DNA of 64,000 nucleotides, taken from NCBI GenBank assembly GCA_976551045.1, contig CDPCPM010000213.1, positions 2,914,001 through 2,978,000 of the forward strand, written 5' to 3'. A program made the position numbers and the translations under genes. Shown here piece after piece: positions 15,801-30,800 of the stretch. Numbering within the stretch: position 1 is the first letter of the stretch; each line of letters opens with the position of its first letter. The notes beneath the pieces are model-generated. The model searched no databases. It saw only the letters and a list, made by a program, of their open reading frames with translations, and had not been told where the DNA came from. This DNA comes from Glaucostegus cemiculus. Lineage: Eukaryota.

Positions 15801-18800
15801 GAAGCTCAGGTCACCACTGCAGACTAAGCACAAGTGCTCCACAGAGCCATCACCCAATCTGTATTTGGTTTCTCCGATGCAGTGGAGGCCACACTGTGAT
15901 AATCAAATGCAGTGGAAGTACTATAAATGAATTGCTGCTTCACCTGAATAGTTGTCTGGATTCCTGGACAGTGGGAAGCATAGAGGTGAATGGACTGGAG
16001 GTGTGTCTCCTCCATCGGCACTGGAAGACGTCACAGTATGGGGCGTGGTGGATGGGGATGGAAGAGTGGACCAGGGAGTCACAAAGTGAGCAGTGCCTGC
16101 AAAATGCAGAAGAGAGAGGAGAGGGGAAGATGTGACTGGTGGTGGGATCATGTTGGAGCTGGAGGATAATGTGTTGACTGTGAAGGCTGGTGGGATGGAA
16201 GGTGAGCACCAGGTGAACAGTCCTGGGGAGCAGGTGCAAACGGACATGCAGGAAATAGGGGAAATGCAGTTGAGGAAAGGTGGTGGGATTGTGTGTGAAG
16301 GCAGTAATGAAATAAATCACTTCAAAATCCATCTACTTTAGAGGGAAACACAAAAAGAATAGTAGCTAAGTCACTGGACTTGAAATTCAAGCCCCTGCAC
16401 GGTTGATCTGGAAACATTCAAATCCCACCACAATAGTGTGGGGAATTTAAGTTTCTGGGCTAGAATGCTGATATCAGTAATGATCAGTGAGTGTAAAGAG
16501 GAATTTCTTTACTCTAAGGGTGTAAATCTTTGGATTCTTTAGAACATAGAGCAGTACGGCACAGGAACAGGCCTTTGTGTTTGTGCCAAGCATAATGTCG
16601 TATTAAACTAATCCCTTCTGCCTGCACATAATCCATATCCCTCCATTCCCTGGACATCTATGTGCTTATCTAAAGGCCTCTTGAATGTCGTGACCATATC
16701 TGCTTCCACTACCACCCTTGGCAGTGCGTTCCAGGTACCTACCTCTCTCTGCATAAAAACACTTGCCCCACACACCCCCTTTAAACTTTCCATTTCCCTT
16801 CCCGCTAGTATTCCACATTACTACCCTGGGAAAAAGATTCTGGATATCTACCCTATCCATGCCTCTCATAATTTTACAAACTTCTATCAGGTCTCCTCTC
16901 AGACTCTGATATTCCAGAGAAAACAAACCAAGTTTGTCCAACCTCTCCTTATAACTATTACCCTCTAAACCAGGCAGCATCCTGGCAAATCTCTTCTGCA
17001 TCCTCTCCAAAGCCTCCACATCCTTCCTGTAGTGGGTGACCAGAAATGCACACATACTCCAAGTGCAGCCTAATCAAAGTTTTATACAAATGCATCATGA
17101 ATTCCTGACTCTTAGACTCTAAGCCCCTAGCAAAGAAGGCAAGCATGGAGTGTTGAGATGCTCAGTAAGAGGTATGGAGACATAATGGCTAGGTTACTGG
17201 ACAAGCATCCAGAAGTCATGGACCACTGGTAGATATGAGTTTGAATCCTGCCAATGCAAAGTCATAGTTGAGTTTATTGTCATATGGAGCTGGGGTATTT
17301 AAAATTAAAGCCATTAAATGAATCTGGATCAGTCTTAAAACTGCCAGCTGATTGCACAATCCCATCCAGTTCATTAATATCCTGGTCTGGTCTATATGTG
17401 ACTCCAGACTCTCTGACGCGATTGACTCTTAACTGCACCCTAAATGTTGCAGCAAGGCATTTAATTCAGCAGATGATGAGATCTGAACAATCAATACTGG
17501 CCTCGCCAGCAACAAGTTAAAAAGAAAGGTATTATGGGTTTAATGATACCTTATCCTTCAGCTGTGGAAATAAATCTATGGCCCAGTCTAATAGTTTCCT
17601 GGCGATGTCCATCTTCCACTTTTCATAATCCGCTCCTCTGTTCTTTACTTTTCTGTCCTTCCATTCCTCGAACCACTCATAGCGAGCCATGGTCAGAATA
17701 GTCATACACGAATTTCCTGACAATCAGAAATATGTGCAGTTATTCTCCAGATAGTTTGTAAAGACTAAAGGTTTAAATGTGTCACTATAGCCTGCAGATA
17801 TTTTCACCTCTGCATACCGCAGAGAGATTAGTAAATCAAATCAAGCCTAATTACTAACTGTTCTCCTGAACACAGACTGTAAGTAACAACATTCTCAATT
17901 GAAAAGTAAATACAACCAAAATGTTTTAATGCTTGTGTGACCTTTTTGACAATTGTTCTTTCTCTCTTCAGTTTGCCTTCCAATAATTGGGTACTGACAA
18001 ATTAGGCTCTGAATTGCTTCACAATTCCATCAATTAATTGCCTTTTGATTGATCATAAAGCCCAGGTGCTTTCATTTGCATTGTTAGTGTGAGAAGATCC
18101 CTCACCCTTGAATGTGTATCTCAAGTAACATTGAATCACCTTTTGAACTGGGATGGATTAAAATAGAAAGAAAAAGATGATAGTTTGGCAAATGGTGCCA
18201 TAGTGCATAAATAAATGCTAGGATGTCTGAAAATGTTCACATTTTTGGTGCCTGCTGTTATGCCTCTGCGATGACAATTATATCAAATCTGTTTACATTC
18301 ACTAGCGCTGTTACTCTATTACAAATGCTGTGGCTTCAGATACAACACCTTTGGAATAAAATAGACAAATTAACAACACAAATACTTGTAAATGGATATG
18401 ATATAATTACTATTGCAAAGCATAACTCAGGGTGACAAGTCAGGGAGCTGAATATCCAAGGATATTTGATATTTAAGAAGGATGGGATAAAAGGAATGAA
18501 ATCAGTGCAAAGGTGAGAAAGGATACTGCTTTGGAATATCAACATGTAGAACTAGTGTTCATGGGGCTCAGAAGCACCAAGAGGCAGAAACCATTAGTGG
18601 GAGACATCCATAGGCTTCCATAGAGTTGTGGCAATAAAGGGGAATGCATCAAACAAAAATAATAGAGATGCAAATAACATGAGTACTGCAGTAATCATGG
18701 GTGACTTTAATCTTGCTATGGACTGGCCAAACCAAATTAGAAAAAATACTGTGGAGGTTGAATTCCTGGACTGGTTCTCATTTTTTCAGAGCAGTAATTT

Positions 18801-21800
18801 GAGAAGCCGACTAATGAGCAGGCTCTCCTGGATTGGATACTGTGCAATGAGGAGGAGTTAGTTAAAAATCTTGTTGTGTGAGATCCTTTAAGAGAGAGTG
18901 AACATATCACAATAGAGTTCCTCATTAAAATGGAAAGCTAATCAGAAACTATGATCCTAAATCTAAACAAAACAAACTATAAAGATATGAACAGTGAGTT
19001 GGCTATGATAGATTATGGACTTTCATTGAAAGTCATGATGGTGGACAGACAATGGCTAACATTTAAGGAACAATGCTGGAAATGCTTTCTTTAACATTCA
19101 TTTTTGTTCATTTCATTTCATTCTAGGGGACCTGGAGACACATATAGACCAGACCAGGATATTAGTGAACTGGATGGGATTGCACGACAACCTGGTGGTT
19201 AAGGTTGATCCAGATTTATTTAAAAAGTGACACAAATTTGGCTAACAAAACAAGTTAAGAAAAGTGTTAGATCTGATAAGGATCATTTCAAGCTGCTAGA
19301 AAAAGTACCGAGCCTGAGGAATGGGAGTAACTTATAATTTAACTAAGAAGGGTCAAGGAATGGATTACTGAAGTAAAAATAGATTTAGAGAGCAAAGGAG
19401 CATAAAAGCAGATGGTAGAATCTTCTATAAGTATATAAAAAGAAGGAAGGTGTGTGAAAACAAACAAAAATCCCTTAGGAGAATTTATAATGGTGAACAA
19501 AGAAATGGAAGTGCAATTAAGCAAAATCTCATCCAAAAACTTCATGGACAAGGATACAAACAAGTTTCTAGAAATGCAAGGGAGCAAGAGTAGAATTAAA
19601 AGGAGGATTAAAGGAAATTAATAATAGTAAATAAAAAAGTCCTGGAGAAACTAACAGAACTGAAAGGCAATAAATTACCAGGGCCTGATAATTTGCATTC
19701 AGGAGTACTAAAAGAGATAGCTGTGGAAATAATGGATGCATATTGTCATTTTCTAAAAACTGGAGGGCAGCAAATGTAACTGTAGTATTAAAAAGGAGAG
19801 AAAACATGGAACTACAGGCAAGTTAGCTTATGTCAGCGGTTGGGAAAATGTGGGAGTACCTAACGAAAGATGCAATAACAGATCATTGAGAAAATATAAA
19901 TATAAATTGGATGAACATGGATTTATGAAAGGCATGCATTGTTTGACACACCCAATGGAGGCTTTTGAGAATATAACTGATAGAATACCTGAGAAAGAAC
20001 ATTGCGGAATATTGAGATGTTCAGAAGGCCTTACATAAAGACCTACATAACAAGTGAGTGTGCAAAATTAAAGTAATTATATAAGACTCTTGCAAATTTC
20101 TATAGATGAATGGTGGAGAGCATTCAGACTGGTTCTATCACTGCTTGGTATGGAGGCTCCAATGCGCAGGATCAAAAGAGGCTGCAGAGGGTTGTAGACT
20201 CAGCCAACTCCATCATGGACACAATCTTCCCTGCCATTAAGGATGTCTTAATGGCAGTGCCTCAGGAAGGTGTCATCCATCACTAAGGACCCTCACCACC
20301 GGGATGTGCTCCTCTTCACATTACTGCCATTGGGGAAGAGGTACAGAGCCTGAAGACCCACACTCAGTGTTTCAGGAAGAGCTTGTTCCCCTCTGCCATC
20401 AAATTTCTGAACAGTCGATGAAGCCATGAACACTACCTTGTTATTCCTCTTATGCACTATTTAGTTATTTTTATAACTTTTATGCCTTACACTGTACTGC
20501 TGCCACAATACAACAAATTTCACGACATATGTCAGTGATAATAATCCTGATTCTGATTTTGATTCTGTATGAATTAAAAACTGGTTGACAGACAGAAAAC
20601 AGAGACTAGTAATAAATAGTCTTTTTTGGGGTGACATGCAGTGACCACTGAGGTACCACAGTGAGTGTGCTTAATATTTCTAAGTTTGCCAACAGCACAA
20701 CATTGGGTGGGATAGCAAGTCCTGAGGAGGATGCAAAGAGGTTTCAAGACAATTTAGATATTTTGAGTGATTGGACAAATATGTAGCAGATGCAGTAAAA
20801 CATGAATAAATGTGGAAGTATTGACAGGGGTAAGAAGAAAAGACATGCAGAATATTAGTTAAATGGTGAAAGATTGGGAAATGTTGATATTCTTGTACAC
20901 CAGTCATTGAAAGTAAACATGCAAGTGCAGCTGATTCTTTTAAGAAGGCAAATAGTATATTGGCTTTCATTGCAAGAGGTTTTGAGTAGGAGCATAGCTG
21001 TCTTATTAAAATTATAGCGGGCCTTAGTGAGACCACACCTGAAGTATTGTGTGCAGTTTTGGCCTCCTTACCTAAGAAAGGTTATACTTGCCATTGAGAG
21101 AACGGAACGAAGGTTCAGCAACCTGGTTGCTGGATTGGCAGGACTGTCACTCATTGGGAAATTGGGCTGATTAAAGCTGATACTCATTAGAACTTTGAAG
21201 AATGAGAGGAGATCTAATGGAAACATACAAAATACTGACAAGAGTTTGAAAGACTAAATGCTGGGCAGTTGTTTCCCCTAGCTGGAGATATCTAGAGCCA
21301 GCCATCACAGTCTCAGGTTATGAGGCAAGTCATTTAGGACTGAGATGAGGAGACATTCCTTCACAATGAGAGTGATAAACCCGTGGAATTCTCTACCATA
21401 GAAGGCTATGGACACTGTCACTGAGTTTATTTAAGGAGGAAATAGACAGATACTAAAGGCATCAAGGGGTATAGGGAGACTGTAGGAATGTAGCATTAAG
21501 GTAATGGATAAGCCATGCTCATATTGAAGGGCAGAGAAAGCTCAAATGGGCAAACAGTCCTTTCCTGTTCTTACTTTTCTATGTTTGCAGCAATGGAGCT
21601 ACTATACATTGATTTTTTGTTACTTTTCAAAGAGAGAGCCTGCTGAAATTTCAGTTGTGTAAATCAAAATGCAAACTTCGAGGTCCTGTTGTGAATGGTA
21701 ATGTTAATGACTCCAAAACCATAGGGTGCTTTATAATTACAGCAGGCTAACAGATAGTTAATGATGTGATTTGTTCCCAGAGTTTCTGGAGAATATTTAC

Positions 21801-24800
21801 TTGTGACCATCTTCATTTTCTTTTATTTTGCCTTTTCTTTTGGATATGGATGTTGCTGGCAGGGCCGGCATTGATTGTCCATCGCCAATTGGCCTTGAGA
21901 AGGTGGTGGTGAGCTGCCTTCTTAAAACTTTGAAGCTCTACTGATGAAGATACACCCATAATGCCGTAGGGAGGGAAATTCATGATTTGTCCCCAGCAAC
22001 AATGAAGGAGCAGCGATTTATTTCCTTGTCAGTGTGGTGTGCGGGTCGGAGACCAACATGTGGGCAGTAGTGTTTTTGTGTACCCAAAGCCTTTGTTCTT
22101 CTTGTTGGTAGAGTTTATTTGGAAGGTGTTGTTGGAGTGGCCTAGGAGGGTTGATGCACTGGTGCTGGAGAGAATGAATATATACGGTGGTGGATGGGGT
22201 ACCAATCAAACAGGTTGCTTTGCTTTGGGTGGTGTCAAACGTTTTGAATGTTGTTGGACCTGCACTCATCCAGGAGAGGATTCCACCACAGAACTGTATT
22301 GTGTCTTGTGGATGGTGGAAAGACTTCTAGGTGTCAAGAGGTGAGTCACTGTCAGGACGTTAATGATGCAAAGGTCAATGATCATAAAGCCATTGAGTGT
22401 TAAGTGTTAGGTGATTAATCTCTCTTGTTAGAGATGGTCATTGCCTGGCGCTTATGTGCTGCCAATGTTACTTACCACTCAATGGCCCATGCCTGATTGT
22501 TATTTAGGCCTTGCTGCATGTAGACATGGGCTGCTTCATTTGCTGAGGAGTTGTGAATGGAATTAAATATTGTGGAATTATTAACAATCAACCTCACTGT
22601 AACCTTCTATGGAGAGAAGGTCCAGGAACGTTTGCACCCAGTCTCTTCTCTGAGGAACTCCTGGGGATGTGGGGATGACCTCCAGCCATCTTCCTTTGTG
22701 CAAGGTATGACTCCAACCACTGGAGTATTTTTCCCTCCTCACCATTGCCTTGAGTTTTACCAGGTCTCCTTGATCTCACAAATGGTAATATGCAAGATTG
22801 ATGTCAAGGGCAGTAACTTACACCTTACCTCTGGAATTCAGCTCTTTGCTCCATGTTTAGGCCAAAGCTGTTATGAGGTCTGGAACTGAGTGGTCTTGGT
22901 GAAACCCTAACAGGGCATTGGTGAGCAGATTATTGATGAGTAAGCGCTACTTGATAGCACTGTTGATGATAGTTTCTGTCACTTTGTTCATAATTGAGAG
23001 TAGACTGATTAAGCAGTAATTAGTTGAATTGGATGTGTTTTTTTTAAATCAGGATGTACCTGGTCAATGTTCCACAGATTCCAGTGTTGTACTTGTACTG
23101 GAACAGCATGGTTTGAGTGTGGCTAGTCCTGGAGTGCAAGTCTCCAGTACTGGAGCTGGGATGGTGTCTTGCCCCATGACATGTGCTGTTCCCAGTGCCC
23201 TCTGCCATTTCTTTATATCACAAGTGAACATATTGGCTAAAGATTGGCTACTGTAATGCTGGGGATCTCAGGAGAAAGCCTTCTTAGATCATTCACTATG
23301 ACTGTTTTGATTATCATTTTGTCATAAAAGTACTTGGCATAAATGTACACAAATTATCTTAGAAATACAATATGTAGATATTTTTGCAAATTATTTCAAT
23401 TTCAAAAGTACATAACTAAATAATTAAGTCTATGTACATAAACTATTAATACTCTACTTGCTATGTTCTGCACGTGTCCCATTCATACATCACACTCTTC
23501 TTTTGATGGGGGTGCATAAAAGTTGATTTGCTTCAGTGAAGTAATTCTGGAACTGAACCATGTGGATGCAAAGATCATAGGTTTGAGCTCCTGATTGTGA
23601 GGAAGCATCTGATATCAGCCCAGATGCCTGTGGATTTCCACATTTGGCCTTAAAAGCTCTACACTATGGAAATATTCAGTCCGAGTTTCTGCCCTTCATC
23701 CCTAGCCCACACACCAGAAGAGACCTGAAAACTCAATGCTTAAGTGGAATGTTGACATCTCTCCAATTTGCAACTGTGGTGACATGACGCAAGTTATGGA
23801 AAATCAAATAATTCAATGTTCAGTGCACAAATATAAAGGAGGCATCACAGACACACATACTGCTGCATGATGCAATTTTCTATTTCAATTACATAAATGC
23901 TACATTATTGTCGCTATTCTACATGCACAACAGCCATACAAAATAAGGATGGTGTTATCTGTTGATGTTCATGGTTAATGTAGAGAAGGATAAAACCATG
24001 CTCTACATCCAGCCACCTGTGGCATGGAAGTGAGCCAAAGGTGCCAAGATGCAGGAAATTCAGTATAACAGATCACTGGGAGAAACCCTGCTCACATTGC
24101 TCAGTTTGGAGAAGGTGGGCCTTCGTCATGGTGGGCCTATCGTCATGGAGACTCACCAGACAGCCCAGACTGGGGCCACAGAGGGAACTCCAATCTCTTT
24201 CTGGGGACTGGCTCAGCAGCTACTAGTTGGGTGCTTATACACACGGCTCTTCTCCCACACTCCTCCCACCAACTGAATGACTTTGCCCTGCAAGATGTAA
24301 ATGGTCTTCCCTTCTGTTGGATCTGCTGTGAGGATACAGCTCACCTGTGATGCCCTCCCTGACCTCCATGACTCTCAATTTGTAGATCTCTCTGCAATGT
24401 GGCCCAAGAGATGACCAGAGATCAGTAAACAAGCAACCCACAGAACATGGCGTACAAATTGGATACCATTTATTGCTGCAGATGGGGTTTGATATTTAAG
24501 CAATTCACACAACAGATACTAAGTTCAGGTTGGCCTTTTTTCTGAAGCTTTGTGTGGCAAAATGGAGACATTGTACAATTAAAGATATCACTGCAGGTTC
24601 AAGTGCAACTTTTCCCAAAGGGAAGCCAGGCAATAGGGAGAAAGGAAAAATTTGTTTTGAATCAGCGCAAATCTCTGTAATTGTGTGAAAGTTTCCTTAA
24701 ACATTGTGCCTTGAAAAGACCACAACAGCCTGAATGTAGCCAATAAGAATTTTACAAGCCACATAGCTGGCCTCATATTCTGGGAGACTAGATGTCCCTT

Positions 24801-27800
24801 TGCTCTTGGACATGCACAGGAAAGGCACGTTCAATATACACATACCTACACATCCATTCCTATGTTTATTTCCTTTAAAAACTTAATTATTTAGTTATGA
24901 AATAGTTGTTTATTATTTAATTGGTCTCATGCTCTGTCTGCCCAACTCCCTCAACACACATTGCTGGTAATTACCTGGATGTCGTTCCTGCCAGGTGGAA
25001 TCCTTGGCGGATGGAAAGGTAACAAATAACATCGGGATAGCTTTGATAAATTCTTCCTTGCTTGCAGAAATGGTGTGGTTCATTCTGAAACATGAAACTC
25101 AGGAATAAAAACAATCGAACCTTTCATCCTTTACATCTAATCATTTTCAAAATAGCTTTGGAAATGTTTGTGATTTCAGGAAAGGTAGTTCCACTGATTT
25201 TCACTGTGAACAGTTAGAGGACTGACTCATGGTTACACCTTCTCTGAAGCAGAAAGCAGCAGATATTGGAAATCTGAAACAAAAATGGTGAATGATAGAA
25301 ATGTTCAACGGACCAGGCAGCGTCTGTGGAGAGGGACACAAAGAAATGTTTCAGGTCAGTGCCCTTTTATCAGAACCAGAAGAGTGAGAAAACAGGTGTG
25401 TTTTAAGTGGCAGAGAGGGGAAAGGTAGAGAGAACAAAGGGAATATTTGCGTTGGAGTGGACTCCAAAGCTATGTGGGTAATGGAATTGTTTAGGTGCCA
25501 TGTAGTTAATATATGAATGAGGGCACTAGATAGAGAGAAAAGAAACAAATGACATAGTGAACTCTCCATGTAAGTTGTCACCGCCCACCAGGATCATACT
25601 TATGTGCAGGCAACTTCAAGGCAAGACTTAGTGAATGTAGTTAACTCTGACCTGACTGATGAAGACCATGGAACATAGGGTCACCCATCCATAAATAACA
25701 AGCCCCACTCATTGAAATGTTTAGGCAGCCTTTATGCAATGGAACTCACAGATGAACATAGTGTTAATATCATCAAAGAGTTGGAATCACACTAATAAAA
25801 TATATAAAAGTTGCTATAATTTTAAAAGAAACTTTAAACACAAAATACACTTAAAAACAGCTAAATATATTTAAGTAAATTCAAAAAAATATAAATTAAC
25901 CATAATATACCTCTCTCCTTCACAACCCTTCCTCTCCAATGAAATAATGTGCGGGTCTAACCAATTTCCCACCAGAGCTATTTGGAAACTATGGGATGTT
26001 GTCACTCAGTTGCTGATTAGGTTTAAAGCAAAATCAGAATGTCTGTGACACAGTGGACATGCTAGACTGTGACAACTCTGATAGTTAGGGGCTTTGTGTT
26101 CCTACGTGCTGATACAGGAGTCATGAACCTCCAGAAATCATGTGGGAAACTGCCAGCATTTCTCAGGAAAATCCAAGCCATTGGAGATGATAGACGAAGG
26201 CTCAAAGGAGGAAGAAAGGGGTGGAGAAGAAATATGTTTTAAGGAGGAAATCCTAGGTGTAGGAACTGAAACTGATGAATGTTGGACTTGAAATTTTGGA
26301 ATGGGATTAGCTTGCCTTTACATGTGTTGCTTTTACTGGGCATCTTTGTTGTTGACACTGGTGCACACAACAGAATAGTGTTGCATACCCCAGAACACCT
26401 CTGCCGCCACTTCCCCTCAAACTTGCACAGTGTTCATTTGCTGGCATTGGAACTGACATAGATGGATGTTGCAGTGACTTACAGCTCATCCAGGTTGTTG
26501 TTTTGATAAATCCAGTAATTGGTTGCCTTCAATCCTAACTCTTCTTTTGTACCTTTGAGACCAACGAACACAAGGAATGATCCCATGCCATGCTGTACCA
26601 TGCCAAGTTGTGACTGAATGGCTACAAAGGGGAAAAAAAAATTACTGATCAGCATTCATTGCCCATGTTTTCTTGAGTGCCACCCATACTCACCACTTGC
26701 ATCCCCCAATGTCCCGTTCTTACCTGCTCCAGATCTGTATGGCAGATCTTGCTGGTAGGAGCCACTGTGAAGCTGATCAGTAAGACCCTGAGCATTGACA
26801 GGGCCTCCTATTGAGTGCACCAAAACAAGCCCGGCCCACAAAACACTCAGGAAACTTGTGGCATTGAGCAAAGTCTCATCATAGCCTTTATTGGATGCCA
26901 AAGGCGCAAGAATTTTCAGTGCTTCTGAATGTCCCTAACACAGGTCAACATTTAAAGGCAATTAATAATACAATAAGCAATCAAGAAATTTAAAAAAACC
27001 CTTTTCTTTATAGAATCACCTAAATAATTTTAAATACTTTGAAATATTTTAAAAAATAGCAAACACAAAGAGTTAAAAAAAACTATCTTATTTCATTCTT
27101 AACATCCTCTTTAAAGGCTGTACAATTTCCATTTAAATAAATGGATTTACAGATGCAGGGCCAGGTCTAGTTTGGTGTAGAAAGAGGCAGCATATTCCCT
27201 GGTGCTGAGTAATGTCAGTAAGCTTCTGTTCCAGTGGGAACAGGACACAGTCAGGAAATGTCCAATGGGACACAACTAATAAGTTTGGGATATCCAGACT
27301 CAGGAGAGAGTTCTGAACCTGCCGGTGCTAAATGCTGCAGTTCCACGTGGAACTGTTGTCATAACTAAACAAGATCTGTCCTGTCCTGTTGCATTCTATT
27401 GTATGATGGAAAGAAAAAAATCAGGATATTTAATAAATATAATTTGTTGATGTCTTCAGTAATAGCATTTGTTAATGGAGTCGAGTGAACTTAGAAGTAT
27501 GCTTTTGCCTATGTGACAATATTGACTATAAAGATCAACTGTTTATCAGCCTTGTGCTGCAGAGCTGAAAAGTATAGATATTCCAGGTGAAGAAAATTCA
27601 TCCTAATGCATTAAGATGTGTTTGCCACAGTCAGGTAAAGTGGATTATTTTCTTACCAGGTTTGGCTTGGATTTCTTTTGGTAAAAGATGTTCGTAGGTG
27701 TTGTATATTCCAGCATCAGAGATCACTGAAGATGCATAAATACAAATTTCCTCTTGCCCTTTATTTACAGCCGCACCTACAAGAACATAAGGTTATGGTA

Positions 27801-30800
27801 AATAAAACTCATGAGAAAGCTTATAGCCATTGATATTATTTTCCCTAAAAGTAAATTTTACAAGGCTGAAGAGACCAACGGAAGTGGAAATAGCAACTTC
27901 CGATCTTCTCCAGCTCAAATTCTTGACCAATTAGCCATGTTGTAATCATGTAGATGAAAACACAATAAGTAGATGAGTTTGCTGGTGTGGGTGTGAATTT
28001 TCTGAGAGAATCGAAAGACCCAACTTTGTAACAGTACAGATAGGAACCCATTAACAGGGTAAAAATGCATAAAGGAAATAAAATCACTCCACTACGTCCA
28101 TTTAATCTGACATGTACTTTTGCAATTAATGCTTCTATTTTCATTTATGTTTACCTTGTCTGTGGAAAACATTGCCAAATAGATCTCTGTCTGGTGATGA
28201 ACCACGTTTATGAAGAGCTGGTGTCTTCACTTTTATTTAAGGTCATCAGCAGCCAACTGATGAGGTAGAAAGAGGGTGTCCTGTGCATGACTGCTGATTT
28301 CAAAATGGAGCAACATCAAATCCTCTGCAGGGGAGTGCAGACACAAACAAGCATTTCCCCTCTCTGCATAAAATAATGCTTCATTTTAAAAAGGAAAGGC
28401 AGATGGAGTTGGAGCAGAAATTAACAGGTTAATCTATCATTGGATCAGCATGTTCATGTGCTGAACTCTCTCCATATGCCATAGTTGGAGCTTTGAATAC
28501 CACTGGTAGATTGGATGATGTAGAACCATGGACTGTGACTTCCTGGCAACTGATGGTGTTATAGATTCCACTGATGCAAATTTGGCTCCATAGGTTACTA
28601 ACAATGTCAATTTACACTGGAGTGGGAAATTGATGACATTCACTAAGATAATTACTGAATGAGGAGAGCTATAAGACCAATCTAATCCTGAAGAGACATC
28701 CAAATATTCCTCACTAGAGTATCAATAAGTTCTTAAGTGCTGATTTCAATCCATTCAGGAACTCAGTCAAGAAGTTCTCAATATTATTTGCTCATGTATC
28801 TTATACTATAAATTTACAAGATGTAGAATAATCTTCCTCTTTCACCAAACTGTTCAGTATCATGCAAAATTTTTCATGCTCATTTTAAAGTTTTAATTTT
28901 TCATAAGATACCTTTCTCTTCTCTGATGGCTGGTTTCAAAGCTGAAATGCTTATAGCCAGCCCTTGAGCAAAGTGCCATGAGAACCCTCGTTTCCTTATT
29001 TCCATCTGACAGTCTACCCAATATTAAAAGTGTCTAGGATAAGGAGTAGAAATACTGATAATAAGGTGTTTAAGTATTGGACTTCCAAAGTGAAGACCAG
29101 AGTTTGTATTCTTAATATTTGTATCATTCTCTAGTTAGAGTGAAAATTTGCCCATTTGAGCAGGATAGCTTAAAGATGAAATGCAAATCTTTTTGAGATG
29201 AAGATGGAATTGACCAGTTGACAGGACCAAAGTGGAATAGGCCATTAATAGACATAGTTTCATGAAGGCTACATTGTTCTTCCTTTGTGGGTAGGAAGGG
29301 TCAGAGAAGAGGTAATGAAAAGGTTTGGCTTTAAACTCACCACAGGCTTTTCCATCTTTGTTAATTAAGATTCGTTGTACAGGAGCACGCACAAGAACAG
29401 CTCCGCCTGCCCTCTGGATAACAGGAATACAATGGAAAGCAATCTGGCTAGCCCCTCCTTTGGGATACCATGCACCACGCTTATAGTGGTGTACCAGTAA
29501 TGCATTCATTACAAAGCTGGTGTCTTTGGGAGGAACACCTAAACATGCAAAGAGACTGTGATTCCTACCATAAATAATCTGTGCATTCATGCAATAATTT
29601 CCTTCTTTCTGAAATAATTACTCCATAAACATAACCTTGCAAGCATATATTAAACTCCACAAATGAACAGAATTGCAAATTGACTGGAATTTTAGCCTAC
29701 ATCTATAGTACGGACTTGCTGATCAATGTCTCATCTTTAGATGGTTATATTTAGAAATTTCTCTGCATGACATGGGTATGGAACTCTCAGCTGTCTAGAA
29801 ATCCACCCCTGATGTGCATCACTAAATGTGATATTTGGCAGTGATTACATGTTCTACCCGGTTTCTGAAATTTAATTTTATTGAATTCATTGAAAATGAA
29901 TTTCAAACTTTCAAAATGCAGCCACGACTCTATATCACATTTTTCACTTTTGACCAGGGATGAACATCAATGAAAATATGTTTTAATGATACCTTGTCTG
30001 CCATTTTAGCCATTAAGAGGCACGTTCACAGAAGGACATCTGAGCATTCATTTGCTAATAATACACAGCACAGACTTTAGGTATGAATTATTTTTATCAA
30101 AATTACTGTTACCTGATACATTGCTTCTATAAGATCAATAATCTGCCTCAAGCAATAGCTAACTAATGAAAATGAAGCAGTTAGATCATCAAATATAATT
30201 AAAATCCACTGATAAGGACCTGTGGTGTTAAAAATTGTTAATTTTCTGTATAATACTCGGTAGAACTTTGGAGAAATTATTTAACGGGAGGAGAGTTCAG
30301 GGACAATAGCGTCTGGCAGGGTAAGGAAGTCTACATTTAAATTATTGCTTGAGCAATCAATTAGCCTGAACAGTTGACTTTGAATCCCACAGAAGTGCGA
30401 AAGTAATTAAATACATCTATAAAGGAATTAAAATCTAGAATGTGAAAACAAATGTTATTGTTAATAATAGACAAGAAACATTTATTAATGCCTAACCCTG
30501 TCTGGCTAACATGTGACTTCAGATGGATAACAACATGGCTGAATTTTAACTGCCTTCTGAAATGGTCAAACAAGCCACTTCAAGGGAAATTAGAGAGGGA
30601 CAATAAAATCTGGCTTTGCATATCCAGGGACAGCAGCTTACAAGGAGATGTTTGGGCAAGACTTGGCGAGTATCGGCAGTGCATCCTGCAGAATGTGGAC
30701 CAATGCACTGAAAGTGGATAGGGCTGCCGACCCACTGTATTAAGTAGGCACAATGAAAGAAAAATAAAAATTTGTTTTGCTATGGATTTCTGGAAGTGAG

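Noticed and set aside
24040-24470. GC-richer stretch with several overlapping short ORFs
   Set aside because: Probably an old repeat, but I could not assign any motif; no supportable call.
26650-27000. 81-aa ORF and GC-richer patch next to retsat-like exon 7
   Set aside because: No domain and no splice-compatible frame; likely an unclassified repeat.
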